Below are positions 38,139 to 51,138 of a stretch of DNA of 64,000 nt, piece by piece (the stretch's first letter is position 1; the number at the start of each line of letters is the position of its first letter). Under the pieces are notes generated by a model, which made no database searches, had not been told where the DNA came from, and was given only the letters and a program-made list of their open reading frames with translations. The stretch is from Amoebophrya sp. A120 (taxonomy: Eukaryota > Protista > Dinoflagellata), in the NCBI GenBank assembly GCA_905178155.1, contig CAJINV010000001.1, forward strand, positions 13,018,635 through 13,082,634. Reading direction: 5' to 3'. The translations under genes were made by a program, and so were the position numbers.

Positions 38139-41030
38139 TCAGAGCGTCGCGCCCTTGCCCAGTCGCTCCTCTAGCCGCGCAAACTTTGGGCGCAGCGAGT
38201 CCACCTTAGCGGTCAAGGCCTCCTCTGTCAGCTCGTCTTCGTGGTCGTAAATCCACTCTTCGATGTCCTGGAGCAGCTTCAGGTGCTCGGTCCGCTCCGA
38301 CTCCTCCGTTTTTTCCTTGAGTGCTTGCCCCTGGAGAAGGCTACGCTGCCGATAGACCTCGGCCTCAACATCGTTGCGTAGGTCCTCCAATTTCTGCACT
38401 TTGATGGCCTGCGCCTGAAATTCGAGCTCGGTGTTCTTCAGCTTCGCAAAAACCTCCGGAGAACACGCGCCCGGCAGGTCGGAACAGCTGATCGAAAGAG
38501 GTTGGACCGCAACCGCTGGGTCGCTGCGTGTTTTTGGTGCGAACCCAAAAATTGGAAAAAGAAAATGAAGCGGATACTTACGTCGTGGCTGTCTTCTCTA
38601 GCTGCATGATTCTGATTGTGATTCACTATAAAACATAAACAATGTAGATCGGCGGAGCAGTATGTAACGCGAGCAGGATCTGCACCAGGGAGCAAGACGA
38701 GGACCGTGCTGCGACTCGTTTTTCGTCTACAGTGAATCAATCTACATCTTCTAGTAAAACTTAAACTTTCATCTCACGCGAAGCATCATGGTCGCACTGT
38801 GGTTGAGATAGAGTTACCACATACCCAAGGGTAAGAAGTACCTGGGCACGAGTGTCGCTGAATCTATGCTGAAGATTCCGTGGGCGTCGAGTTTTGCCTT
38901 GACCTGGATCTTCGCCCGGTCCGGGTTATCCACCTCGATTTTGTAAGTTCCGAGCTTGACCGCGGGGTTCTCGGTCACAAACGCCGACAGCTCGAAGGTT
39001 TTCTGTCGGAATAGGCTCAGGGATCGCATCAGGTTGAGGGAGCTCTGCGACGGGAACACCTCAAAGGTTTCCTGCTTACCGTCCGCGTTCCAAGAAACCG
39101 AAACGCCACGCTGGGAATAGAGCCAAACCTGTAGGTACGAGAATCGATTTTGAGCGATGGAAAAAAAGTTAATATAGTGTATCAACATAGTCTTCATCTT
39201 CACGAACATCATCCTATTATTTAAAGTAATTTCTTTTTGTTTCGAATAAAGTTTGAAAGAGAGCAAGCACGACAGGGCATCATAGTCATTTTTCGATATG
39301 GATATGATACGTTGTAGTCCCGGACTTTATAGAGCGGGCTGTAGATCGCGGCCTGCAGTGCGCAACCGCGCACCACCGCCTCATCGGCGTTCAATGTCCG
39401 AGAAAGAGTTTTCGTTTGAAAACACTCCTCGCATACTCGTTGCACCCACTGGACTCGAGAAGCGCCACCGATGATCTCGACGGAGTCGATCTGCGACACG
39501 TCTAGACCTGAAATAATGCAGCGGCCGCGAATAGAAACTGAAAAGTAACTAGGACGACGACGAAGCAATAATTAAAGTACTTACTCACTAAATAACCCCT
39601 CCAACTTACTAGCAGTTCGACTTCCAAGCGACGAACGCGAAGTAGGCCATGATCGTCAAGACACTCGATAAAGTAGAAGATCATACTGGAACGAGTACAT
39701 AGATCAAGATCGCAGTAGAAGTTGTACATGCTCGTTGGACCGCGTCGACGATGAGGGTTCGGAGGCGGAGCTTGAGCGGCTCGCAAAGGTCCTCGAACGT
39801 TTCCCGGGTCACCTTGCCACTGAGATCGTAGTCTTCCACCAGACATTCCACACCCAGCGGCGCTTCGTCGTTAGACGAGAGGATCTTCTTGGTCTTCTGG
39901 ATCGCCTCCTCGAGCTTCAAGCAGGCCTTCTTGTTCGTTAACGGGTCGAGTTTGTGCTTCGTTTGAAATTCCGCGGCGAAGTGCTTCATCAGCGCTAAAT
40001 CCATATCCCGGGCCCCGAACTGGTCGCAGGTTTCGCTCACAAGCTGCAGGCCGTCTTTGGTAAAGCGCGCGATGGCCACGAAAGACGTGCTGTGCCCGCA
40101 GCCACAGAAGGCCACATGCATCGGCTCCTTCACCAGTTCATCCACGCGGTAGGGGCCGTAACTCACCGCGGCCGCTGCGCCGTCCGTCATAATGCGCAGC
40201 ACCTTCATGCCGGCAAGGGATGCGGCCTTGATGAGCGCACGGCGGTGGCCGTCGGTGTAGTAGGCCGGACACGACAGAACGACGTTCAACTTCTTGTCGT
40301 CTGTTAGCCCATCTGTAAATATTAAATCAAATAACTTTCTATGTCGGAAATTCAAATTGAAGCACTTGCTCCTTTCTCCCTGTTCTTCTCAATTTTGCAA
40401 GCGAAACACTGAGAGATTGAAGAAGAATCAACTACGTAAAGTTGGAAGCATGATGAGAAAACCATAGATAATCTTCCGTGTCTTACTGCAATTTGTCGCG
40501 TCGGCTCCCTCTTCTGCGAAAAAAGAGCACCACTTCAACGCGATGTGCCTTATTTTGACGAGCAGCATGGAGATAATCTGCATGACGCTGTAGACCTGCT
40601 TGTCGCCGAGGTAGCTGACCTCGAACCCAACTATCTTTGCCTTTTCTACTCCATCGACTACTTTGAGGGGACAGAGAGACCAAAACTCTTCGTTCTTTAG
40701 CAGCATACTGTCTGCGGACGACGCGGCTCCTCCTGCTGCAGCGCCAGCATTTGATATTTCGGAGGAAGACGGCAGTTGGAGCAAGTGCTTGAAGTACCGC
40801 ACACTGTTCTTCAGGTTGGACTTTATCAGGCCGTGCGCCTTGTCACCCTCGAGTCGCTGCGTGTTGGTGAAGCCGATCACGCTCGGCGTGGCGCGGTTGT
40901 TCACCTCATTTTGCACAATCTCCACCGTGGTGCCCCGCTCGGAGATGAAGGCGACTTTTGCCGTCGAGGAACCTATGTCGATACCCAGGATCGGATTACC
41001 GAACTGCCGCCGCGTTTCGTCTAGGTCCAT
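38139..41030 (-). CDS. Divergent, shortened Hsp110/HSPA4-type Hsp70 family protein (multi-exon)
   Basis: ILGIDIGS..EIVQNEVNNRATPSVIGF; VVLSCPAYY..RRALIKAA; [10 protein letters not shown]; TLNADEAVVRGCALQAAI; KAKLDAHGIFSI; DLRNDVEAEVY..EEWIYD. Confidence 0.88.
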
Positions 41031-41728
41031 CTTCTTGTTCTAGGTGTATTTTTTGCTATTGCTGTCAAAAAATCCGACACAAAGGTAAAGTCTTCGTCTT
41101 GGTAGTTTGATCCAATCTCACCAGCACAAACACGCTATACAAGGAACAACATGAAGAACATAGATCAGCGTGGTCGTCTAGGTCTAGAACTACTGACTTC
41201 GAGTCAGATATTGTTCGGATTAGATTTAGAACTGCAGAAAGAGAAACGCACGCGGACGCGCGATATTGAATAAGCAGGAGGACATGAACAATACTCTGAC
41301 ATCGTAATCGTTCTACCATCTTCATTTGACAAAAAAAGGCGGGTCGCGGCCTTTTGATTTACATGCTACTTCCTGTATTTCTTCATCAGGAAGAAGATCC
41401 ACCAATAGAACTAGGACCAATAATTTGGATGTCGAGCTCTTTTTCGGAGGTCAATTTTTAGGTATTCTCAAGCAGCCGAATGCTGCGTCATCACGATGAA
41501 ACAAGCCATTGCAACGTTCGGACACTCGTAAACTCTGTACAACTTCTACGGAAGCGGTTGCTTGTAGTTGTACTTTATGTTTCTCTAGTAATAAACGCAT
41601 CAGGAAGATGAACTATAAACACAACGCGGAGACGACCTACAACTGCACCGGAACAGCCATCCATTTTTCTACCTCGGACATTTTTCATCGGGGCGATTTA
41701 TTGCTATTCGTCTCCTACTAGACTGATG

Positions 41729-43054
41729 TCACAACTCTAACTTCGACGTCGCACTCGCAGTCGCTCTATTGATGCTCCTGCTCCTCCGTCTGAAAACATA
41801 AAAATTCCTGTGATATTTGGTCCGTCCCTCTTCTATACCGACACTGAAGGTCCAATTCAATAAAGATTCATTTTCGCCTCCAACATTCAACACCTCCTTG
41901 TACGTCCCACTAGTGGCTGCGGCATCAGCAATCCAGACTTCGGCCTGCACAGGTTTCTTCAACAACCGATTTGCTTCGTTCCCGGCAACACCGCTGGCTG
42001 CCGGAGAAAATGACAAAAGACGTGGCTCTTCTACTGCTCCTGATGGTGCTGGAGGCCCTATACTGTTGTCTACTCCCTCATCCAAGGCTCTGAGCACGGA
42101 TCGCAGCCATGTCTGCACCCTGCTCGCTCCGACATCCCACGTTAGACGGTACAAGCAGATAATGTTCAGCACCTCGGGATCCGGCGACAGGTAGCGAGCC
42201 AGTTGCCGACCAACTTCTTTCTGTGTTGAAGAAGACGAGGACGCGGTGACAAAGGCATCTTCTTGCAGAAAGACGATGGGCAACGCAAAGGGATCAGCTT
42301 TTTCCGCAAGCTGTCGTTCGCTTTCGCGTGTAGTTGTGTCCTCGGCCGATGATGATTTAGATTTTGGGCGTGCTGATCTATAAAAATGTCTGCTAGAAGC
42401 GTCAGTCCTTTCCTTCCTCCTGGTTGACAAAAACGCCCTCTGCAATTCTTTCACGGCTCGCCCCCACGGAGCAGCGTCCACGAGAACCGCACTTTCTAGC
42501 GACGCCGTAACTTCTACTTGAGGTGACTCCAAAAAGGACAACATTCCCCACAGTTCGCTGGCTGGCCCGGCTCCCAAAGCACAAAGGTGCAGCCGCGTCG
42601 TGGATTTTTGGACGTCCTCGGGCTCGCCAGAAGAGACTGATACAGCTGTTGACCGTGACGAGGAGAATGCGTAACTCAAATCGTTTTCACCTTTTGGTTT
42701 TGAAGACATCATCAAACTCGAAGTAAACCCATCTCTACTTGTAGTCTGCCTTCCTGCGGCTATTGCGCAGTACTCGAAATCATTGGCGGTCCTGGTTGGG
42801 AGAAGTTGGTGGACGTAGCCCACCTGCAGCAATTCTTTCGAGTAGTCTTCCAGAGTTCCGGGACGAATCCACCACTTCTGGAACACCTGCTCGATCTCTC
42901 GCCGCGTCGCGTCATCGACTGCTACTCCAGGAGGCTTTCCGAGAAACGGCCCTGTCCACTCCTCAACGGTGATACTCACCGATTTTTCGACGTCGGCCAA
43001 AACGGGGTCGTCGTGGGCACGCGCCTTCGTCAAACTCACCAGGATCCCACCCAT
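41729..43054 (-). CDS. Putative class I SAM-dependent methyltransferase-like protein
   Basis: 441-aa ATG-initiated ORF; motif I-like LHLCALGAGPASE, motif II-like AVLVDAAPW, later VFLQEDAF and VWIADA; substrate unknown. Confidence 0.5.
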   Translation of the reverse strand: MGGILVSLTKARAHDDPVLADVEKSVSITVEEWTGPFLGKPPGVAVDDATRREIEQVFQKWWIRPGTLEDYSKELLQVGYVHQLLPTRTANDFEYCAIAAGRQTTSRDGFTSSLMMSSKPKGENDLSYAFSSSRSTAVSVSSGEPEDVQKSTTRLHLCALGAGPASELWGMLSFLESPQVEVTASLESAVLVDAAPWGRAVKELQRAFLSTRRKERTDASSRHFYRSARPKSKSSSAEDTTTRESERQLAEKADPFALPIVFLQEDAFVTASSSSSTQKEVGRQLARYLSPDPEVLNIICLYRLTWDVGASRVQTWLRSVLRALDEGVDNSIGPPAPSGAVEEPRLLSFSPAASGVAGNEANRLLKKPVQAEVWIADAAATSGTYKEVLNVGGENESLLNWTFSVGIEEGRTKYHRNFYVFRRRSRSINRATASATSKLEL

Positions 43055-44010
43055 TTATGTATGAAATTATCTGTAGCGGTTGAACGGTGGACAGGAACGT
43101 TGCTGGTGATGTTCTACCCGTACCCTTCCTCCAGTACCAATAGTACCTGTGAACGAACCTGAAAAACTTTTCAGCGGATCTTCAGCTACGTCCAAAAAAA
43201 CCACTTCTTGGCCGAACAATGGTGCCGTCCTTTCATCTTGTCTGGCTCACACGGTAAGAAAGAAACTGTTACAACGGTGCCAGGAATCGACCGAAAAAGA
43301 GGCCCATCCAATGAATACCAAAACCAGCAAACCGACTCTACATGCATTCGCTAGCCTCGAAAAGACGTATTTCCACTTTGAAAAAGGAGGTGCGCAAAAA
43401 TAATACGGAAAAGGAGAGGGAGCAAGTCGCGAGCCTTTTGTTTCTGTGCGTACTAGCAATCTTTTCATCATCATATTTTGATTTTTTTCGCGTTTTTCTT
43501 TGTTCTTTTTCAGATCGCCTGAGCTTTCAAAATTGAAAGTTTGAGTCGGAGACGGCAGGCCAGACACCGTCCCGCAATTACATACTTTCTCAATGCGAAA
43601 AGCACTCAGGAGTTGGTATTCAGCTCGTTAATATTTGCGCTTGTAGATTTTATTTTTATCATACAGGAACGTGCATAGGGTATAACTAAAGCAACTTTCT
43701 CACTGGCTTGAGCTTGTTAATCAGAATCAATCAGAAGAAGTAAAGAGGAGTTAGAAGATAGAAGACAAAAACATCCGAAGAATGAAATCGTAAGCATTTA
43801 GGATTAGCATGTGCATGAGCATCAGACTTTTTATTGGTGAACAGATATTATGCTCTTGCTGACCTTCTGCGTGTTCTTGACCTAAACAGTAAACGCTGTT
43901 TTTGAGTGTGAGTGAATGCGGGTAGGACTAGGAGCTCCTTATTGGCCCGTCTTCTTCTGTTTTTTGGTATGGGTCGTTTCAGAACCCAACAGGTCGTGGC
44001 GCGGTTTTGT

Positions 44011-47000
44011 TCATGAATGGGAATTCAACAAAGTCTCGCCCATTGGCAGCTGTTCCATAGCTTTCGTCTCTTGATGTGGTTTTCCACCCGCCCCCGTGGT
44101 CTTCTTTGATGTTATCGTCGGCCCCAAAGGTATTCTCGCCCCAGCAGCGCGGAGGTTTTTCTTTTCCTCGATAACGTTGCCGATATGCTTCAGGTAGACC
44201 CATGGAACATGACTGGTCATAGGGACATAAGAAAGTTGTATTAATCTATGCATTGCCAAAGTATCGTTTTCCCATGCAGAGCCGAAGAACGACGGACGCA
44301 CCTCTTTCCTTGGCAACGAACAAGAACAAGATGGTACTTATTTATCGACATCCGCAGGCAAATCTCCATCACAAGCGCCGTCTGTTGTTGTAGTTCAATC
44401 AACTTCAACAGGCATCGTATAAAGTGTCTGTGTGTAAGCTTTGTCTCATCTGCGAACAGGAACGCGACACTTTTGCACCTGATAAATCCCTGGGGAAAAA
44501 ATAAGATTTCGATCGAGCATGGTGTTCGGAACAAAGTAATAACTCGGCAACATCGAGACTAGCAACTTCTTTTCCGAAGTCTCGTTGCACTTTTGCGTTC
44601 TCCCCACGTTTCCTCCCTTCAACGCGACAGTGCCATTGGTATCGGATTCGGATGTTGCAGCGTGCGTAAACACACCTGCGCCAGCATCTTCGTCCTTGCA
44701 CTTCAAGCTGCGCTGCAGCGAATCTAGCGTCTCGGAACTGCCAGGCTCTTCATGGGTGAGCATAATGACGCTTCCATTCACGGCGTTCGTTGAGACTGGT
44801 AGCATCCAATCCGACACATCCCGCATGCTGTGCCGCTCCGTTTCAAGCTTTTTGTAAAGCTCAGGCCCATTCCGGAAATATGCAACACATGACTCACTGG
44901 GACATTCTGCAATTTTCGTTCCTCTCCCGAGAAGCCAATTAACCCAACTAAGCTGGTTTGCGGGAGCCGACTTGGCGCACGGAGTGTTCTCTGCCGCGCG
45001 ACACCTGTCGCTCTCCTCCTGCAACATCTCCAGCGACCTCCCGACCACTTGCCTGTAGGGGGCACTGATGCGCGGCACCCAATCGTCCTGGACAGCAACG
45101 GAGTACCATACTCCGGCGTCACAATGTGAATTGGAAATAAAAGTCACTCCATTACTATCGTTATCATGACCAGGAGTACAATTTGCGGTTGCATGATGAT
45201 TCTCAAACGCCTTGGATTTCACTCCCACAAGCAGAAAATGCCCGCCCTCGGACGTGCACCTTTGTAGATTGTAACTCGCCAAGTCTATCCATATGGGCTG
45301 TCCCAAAGAAAATCGGCACTTATCGACCGGCTTTTCGGTTATTTCCCTGATTGCCACGGACCGAGTCAGCCCGGAAGTCGTGGCAATTCGGAGGACCTAA
45401 GCGACGAAACGCACGGCCTTGGCATAGCTCCAATAGCGCGTCGAAACACGACCAGAAAGAGCGGCAATGCCAATAAGTGCAAGCGAATGCCGATCAGACT
45501 AACGGCCAGACGACTAAAACGATCACACAAGGGCCCGAATTTGGACACGTCAAAGGGCTGCGGCCGCTCTGGTCCCCCCCGCTAGCCGGTACAGAATGCC
45601 AGCAACTGCGGCCGCCCTCCCCCCGATAGCCGGCCTCGCCCAGCATGGCGAGGGCCGACGCTGTGCTGCTGGTTCAATAGCAACGGCGCCAGAGCTCGCG
45701 GCGGCGGCACCAGCCAGAAGCAGAGAAACGGCTTCCCCCGATGCTACTACGCTTCCGAGAATAGCCCAATCCGCGGCCGCGACAGTCGCGCACATTTTCG
45801 GCGCAGCTGTGACGCAAACAAATCCGGCGATAGCCATAGGGGATAGACATAGCCGATAGACATTTCGAGTCGCCACTCTGTATCCATCTCGCCAAGGTGG
45901 TTTTGAAAGCATGTTTTGAAACAGGTTTTGAAATAGCCAAGTCCTTGCAGAAAAGTTGGCTGGTTTGAGTACAGAACGCAGCCACTTTTCTGAATGCGTG
46001 GCGATTGCAGAGAAAAATCGCTTTGACTCCTATGGGAAACAGTGGCCACGCCTACTCCCGACGATGTGGCCGGCAGAAATACCCAAACAACGCGAAGGGG
46101 ATAGCGAGACGAGGAGACTCGGCCTCTGCGTCATGGTGTTCAAAGGCCACCAGTGGCTTCTGGGCGCAACTATGTATTCCCATGGCCAGGAACAAGCAGA
46201 AACGCGAAACCGCATGGCATGCGGCGCTGCGCGGGCTCGGAGCCTGCCGAACCGGCTGGCGAGACGAGACGGGGCAGACCAAAAAAGCCCAAGGCGCCCG
46301 CGATAGCCCGGCCGCGACTGGCGGAGCCTGAGCTGCGGCCGGTCCTTGTCCGCGGGCGGCGGCCGATCAACCTGCGACACGACGCCGCGCCACGCCCTCG
46401 CCTGCCTTCGCAGACAAGGCGCGGCACCACACCCTGCCCCGCCCTCGACCGATCAACCTACGCTACGGCACCACGCCACGCCCTTGCATGCGGTTTCGCG
46501 CTTCTGGTGCCCCTGCGCGGCTGTTGCTGCGCCCACACCCCGGCGAAACTGGGACACACCCAGCCGCGCCGCGCGCCCCATGGCCGCCCTGATGCGTTTG
46601 GCCTTTAGAAGCCCTGAAGCAGAAAATGCCCGCCCTCGGACGTGCACCTTAGCTGGGCGGTTTGCTTTTTCTTGCACAAATCATGCGTATGCATCCATAG
46701 AGGATTCATTTGTGTTTAGTATTAACTTTGAGTTTACAATGGGCATATATCGTCTTTTGTCAGTCGTGAGAGTGAGGACTTTTCGTTCCTTGCTTACCCA
46801 AACCTTTTTTTGTACTCGGGAATTAGCGGAGATCATGGCAGGCGGGGCGACACCCACGCCCCAGAGAGGATATTCATCGTGGACGGCAGTGGCAGAGGAC
46901 ATGGACAGTATTTTTGGAGTCGCTGTTTGCTGCTCTCCCGAATCGACATTTGCAAGACCCCGGGGTCGCTGGAGGTCCCGGAGCAAATTCTGACCCTTCC

Positions 47001-49046
47001 AGATCGCGTACGTGTATAAAAGGAAGAAAGATCATCATCATCATGTATAGTCATAGTGCCTTTTGTACTTCATCTCTCAGTTCTAGTAGCTGTCTCGAAT
47101 GTTCAAAAGATGAGTGAGACAATCGTGATTAAACCTTTCGGTACGTACGTGCCTCTGTGCGTATATGCAAAAAAAAACTCTGTCTCGCCCACAATGCTGG
47201 CAACTCAACATCATTGCAGTCCTGCAGATGAAAGGGCACTGATGAAGAGTACTATTCTTTCAAAGTTTATTTCCCGTACCATGAGCGAAGCGACTCCTGC
47301 GCCCAGACTGTGTCCTGTAAGCAACACGGAGTAGCGAGTTGTGTCGCCCTGCTTCTTGAGTCGCTGCAGCGTCTTGCGCACGATAGGCAACGCAATAGCA
47401 GTCACGTACTCTGCACTCTGGAGGCCACCCTCATGCACGCTGACCCAGGTCTCGTTGAGCTGCCGCGGATGCGTCGTGTTGTACGGGGGCGCGAAAAGGT
47501 CGAAAGTCATCTCCGCGAAGCAACTGGGCCGGCGAAACACAACTGTGCCCTCTCGACTCTCCCCTGTCGACGCTTCATCGCGCTCCTCGGGGCCTTGGCC
47601 TTCGAATTTTTGCATTTCCTGCTGGCATGGGGCAGCCTCCGATAATTTCCCATCTTCGTCACTCGTCTCGCTGCTGTTCCGCTTGATCGAAAGAAGTAGA
47701 TCACTGTCTTCGCTTGATTTCTGCTCCGCAAAAATTTCAACGGGAACGTAAGCAGGTGTGGCGGCAAGATCGGTGATAGTGTCCGCTACTGAACTCGTAC
47801 CGCGTACCACTACTGCTATAATTTTCCGCACAGGATCCCGCACAATGTGAAAAGCCGGCTTCAGGTAGTCGCCGTCTGGCTGCTGGTGCAGAAATTCCAA
47901 AGCGGCAGCAGATGCAGGGAAGTAATGGCCAACGACATGCCGGAAAGCTTCGGCCTCTGGAGAACTTCTTTGTTTTGCTTTATCAACACCCTCATCTCCA
48001 CCTGTTGCAAACGCTGTCGCTTGCTTTGTAAAGACGTCGAAGCCATATGCTGCCATGGTGAGAGTGGTGACGAAAAATAAGTCTACCCACATACTCACAT
48101 CTCCGCGGGGGTCATGACGATCGTAGTCATAGTCATGTTGCTTTGCCATCAGTGGCCTGACCTCTTTCTGCTGTAGCTTTGCCAAACTGTGGAGCTGCTC
48201 TCTTTTCAACGAAACATCTTTCCAAAAGGAAGACCAGCTTTGCTGTACTACTTCATCTCCCTGTCCCTGCTGTTCCTCTTTATTTTGTTTCCGTTCATCG
48301 AATTTGCTGTTGCTAATTGGTTCTTGCGCAACTTGATGTATTTTCTCCGTGGCCCCGAAGTCTCCGGTCAAAGCCTTTTTCGCATACTCCCCGTGACGCC
48401 GAATAAAGTTGACGGGTGCGTGCCTCGCTGCGAACAAACGCGAGGGACCACGGATAATTGCGTCTCCGATGAAACTTGCGATGCCACGAGAAACCAATGC
48501 GAAATTTTCGTCCTTCTTCTGTAGCTGCTTTAATAAAAATTGGTTGTCACGTTCCGCAAGCGCGGACAAAGCGGCACCGGCGGTCGTCCGTGTGTTGCTA
48601 TCGGTGCTGTTTGCCTCAGATTGGGATTGCGCGGCATCTGAAACAGCGTCCCGGGGGTCTGGGTTTATTCGTGCCACCAATTTACCCAACTTCGACTTGT
48701 GAAGTCCGTCCTTGTCCGCAGCTCGAGGATGGAGCTGTAGTCCAGAAGCAAATAATATCTGCCATGATGTGCCTGAAGTGCCTGGTACTAGCGGTAGGAG
48801 CGCACGATTGAAAGCAGCTCGCAGTGCCGTAATAAAAAGAAAACGGCCCGCCCGCCGTACTGTGAAAAGGGCCGTCGAGGCTCGTGTACTTCTAGCTGCA
48901 GCCGTCCGCGTCCCAGTCGCGGCCGTCCAACTTCTGGCGGCACACAACACGAAGAACTTCTTGGTCAAGGTCGAGGACATCTGGAGACGAGCATAAGGCC
49001 CTCTCGGTGCAGCGCCGGTTGTGCTCATCGTGTTTAAGGTCTCCAT
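44011..49046 (-). CDS. Lipase class 3 (DAG-lipase-like) protein, multi-exon
   Basis: AVVVRGTSSVADTITDL, VHEGGL, nucleophile LLTGHSLGAGVASL, GVAPPAMIS (46681..46986), catalytic Asp SVAVQDDWVPRIS (44446..45357), His SHVPWVY (44011..44316). Confidence 0.85.
45229..46650. repeat. Perfect 34-bp direct repeat (45229-45262, 46617-46650) enclosing a ~1.35-kb partly GC-rich insert in the lipase gene
   Basis: aagcagaaaatgcccgccctcggacgtgcacctt present twice, 1388 bp apart. Confidence 0.8.
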
Positions 49047-51138
49047 GATGAAAGAATGACAATGATGTGCAACGACACGACTACACAATCCGTTACCTTA
49101 TTTTTTTCAGCAGGGTCACCAGGGTAGCATTTTCGCTGCGGTCATGCTCATGGCCTAGATGCTGCAACAACGTACAACAAACCGAGTCATGAAAGTTCAA
49201 AGTCCCAAAGAAATGCCGCATTTTCAAGGACACGACATGCAAAAATGCAGTGATGAAATCAAAATCTTCTTGCCAACTAGATTGAGGTCCTGTTATAGAC
49301 TTCACATGCCACTTGTTCCCAGGTGGTTCATGCGAGTGCGACAAATGCGAGTCACAGCCAATGGTGCGATATTTCTGAGCGCGAGTATGATCAAATACAA
49401 CATGCTTTGGGTCATGCTTGATTGAAATAAATGAAGCAGCAATGCAACACAACAGGAGAAACCAACATATATGTATGCAACCGAAAGCGAAGCAAAATGG
49501 TTGTGCTGCCACCGAGGAAATGCGTAGCTTGTTTCTTCTCGCTGCAACAGATGATCCATCGCAGCCGACGGGCCATATCATGATACATCGATTTTCAATC
49601 ATCGTTAGTTAGTGTTAGACAGATTGTTTTTAATTTTGGCAAGAGCAAATACGAATAGACCGACACATGTGAGTCAGATCACAATAACCGACACACTGGA
49701 TCAGATCACAATGACCGAAAGTCAAAACTGTGTTCCCAAGATCAAACCATGGACTGCAATCGTGGTGCTTCTCTTTAGACACAATCTCTCCGTCCGAAAA
49801 CCCGTCCGTCCACAAACCAGATACAGATCGGGACAATCAATAGGAATAGAAATAGCTATCAGAAAACAGAATTCGTGCACTGGTCGACGCGCAGTAGAAC
49901 ACCACGAACACGATCCGGCGACGACGGACCCCAGGCCGCAAGCAGTAGCTGCCTAGGAACAGGAATGCATTTTCATCCTCTCTGTAAAAGGCTTCGTTGG
50001 TTGTGAGGACCACTCTGGCGCGTGTCGTTGGTGTTAAAGAAAGCAGAATGGTTTCTGTAAGACGCGGGGGACAGCAGCAAGAAGAAACTACAACAGCATG
50101 ATCCGCAGCGAGTTTCAACAATCATACTCATCTCCTGCACCTTACCTAGAAAATTCTGATAAGTTCTAAGATCATCGTGTTGGTGTGACCTCATAACTTT
50201 TTGTTGCGAAATCGAAATGTTCAGGAGTGGTTAAAAAACAAAAAGCGTGGATGATGGCGGCTTTGAGTTCACGGTCCTGCGTTGCGTTTTCTTTTGGTTT
50301 TCGCTACGTACACTACATGAAAAGCTGAATCATTCATGACTTGTTGCATCTTCTATTTTTGCGCTGAAACGAAAGCTGTTCTCGATGAAGATAGTTTGTT
50401 CATATTACGTCAAATTCTGCACAAAAACGAGCTATGTCGATGCGACAAATCTGTTGCTAGTAGAAGTCATGATGCCTTTGAAATCGTAGAAATTAGCAAT
50501 CATCTTTTCGAGTGTTCATTTTTGGTAGTGTTGCACCAGCAGGAAATGCAGGCCGCGCGATATTCCAGGCCTAGAAACCCGGTATCAAACAAAATGCCTC
50601 CCCTATTTTTTCCCATGTTGCCTCGGCATCAAAAGAAGAATGGCAGTTCTCCCGAGAGACGAACGAGAAAGACCACCACCCGCGTCGTGGTCGAGCTTAT
50701 CGCTTTGAAATAGAAACATAGTACGGAGAGTCGCTCACAGCCACAGACGTTGAATCCGCCTGTGTCACGGCGTCATATAAGATGTATATTCAGAATATTT
50801 CGGGTCTTCGTCTACTTGATGTCTGCTGCGTTGCTCTTGACAGCACAGTTTTATCGACATCAAGTGCAGGAAAATTCTTCTGCCTCGAGTTTTTTATTTT
50901 TTGCAATATTTATAATCGGTGCTACTTTTTTTACGCTGGGAAGAAGTAGTCCCACCAGGAAAAGTTTTGTGGAAGATGCATTTGATGTATTATGTGTTTG
51001 AGTTTGACTTTCTTATATCGACTCTTGTTGCACGTTGTACAACCAGTTGTCGATTCAATATTTCAATAGTTGTTTATTCGTTGTGCGCTTCGATAATGGA
51101 AGTCCGAATTCGAAACCAATACTTCGCTCCACTATTAT

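Noticed and set aside
44446-46986. Candidate autonomous transposase for the introners
   Set aside because: The flanking ORFs are lipase exons; internal ORFs show no DDE, tyrosine-recombinase or RT motifs
49093-50194. Short minus-strand ORFs that might be exons of a further gene
   Set aside because: No recognisable motif and no confident exon chain could be built
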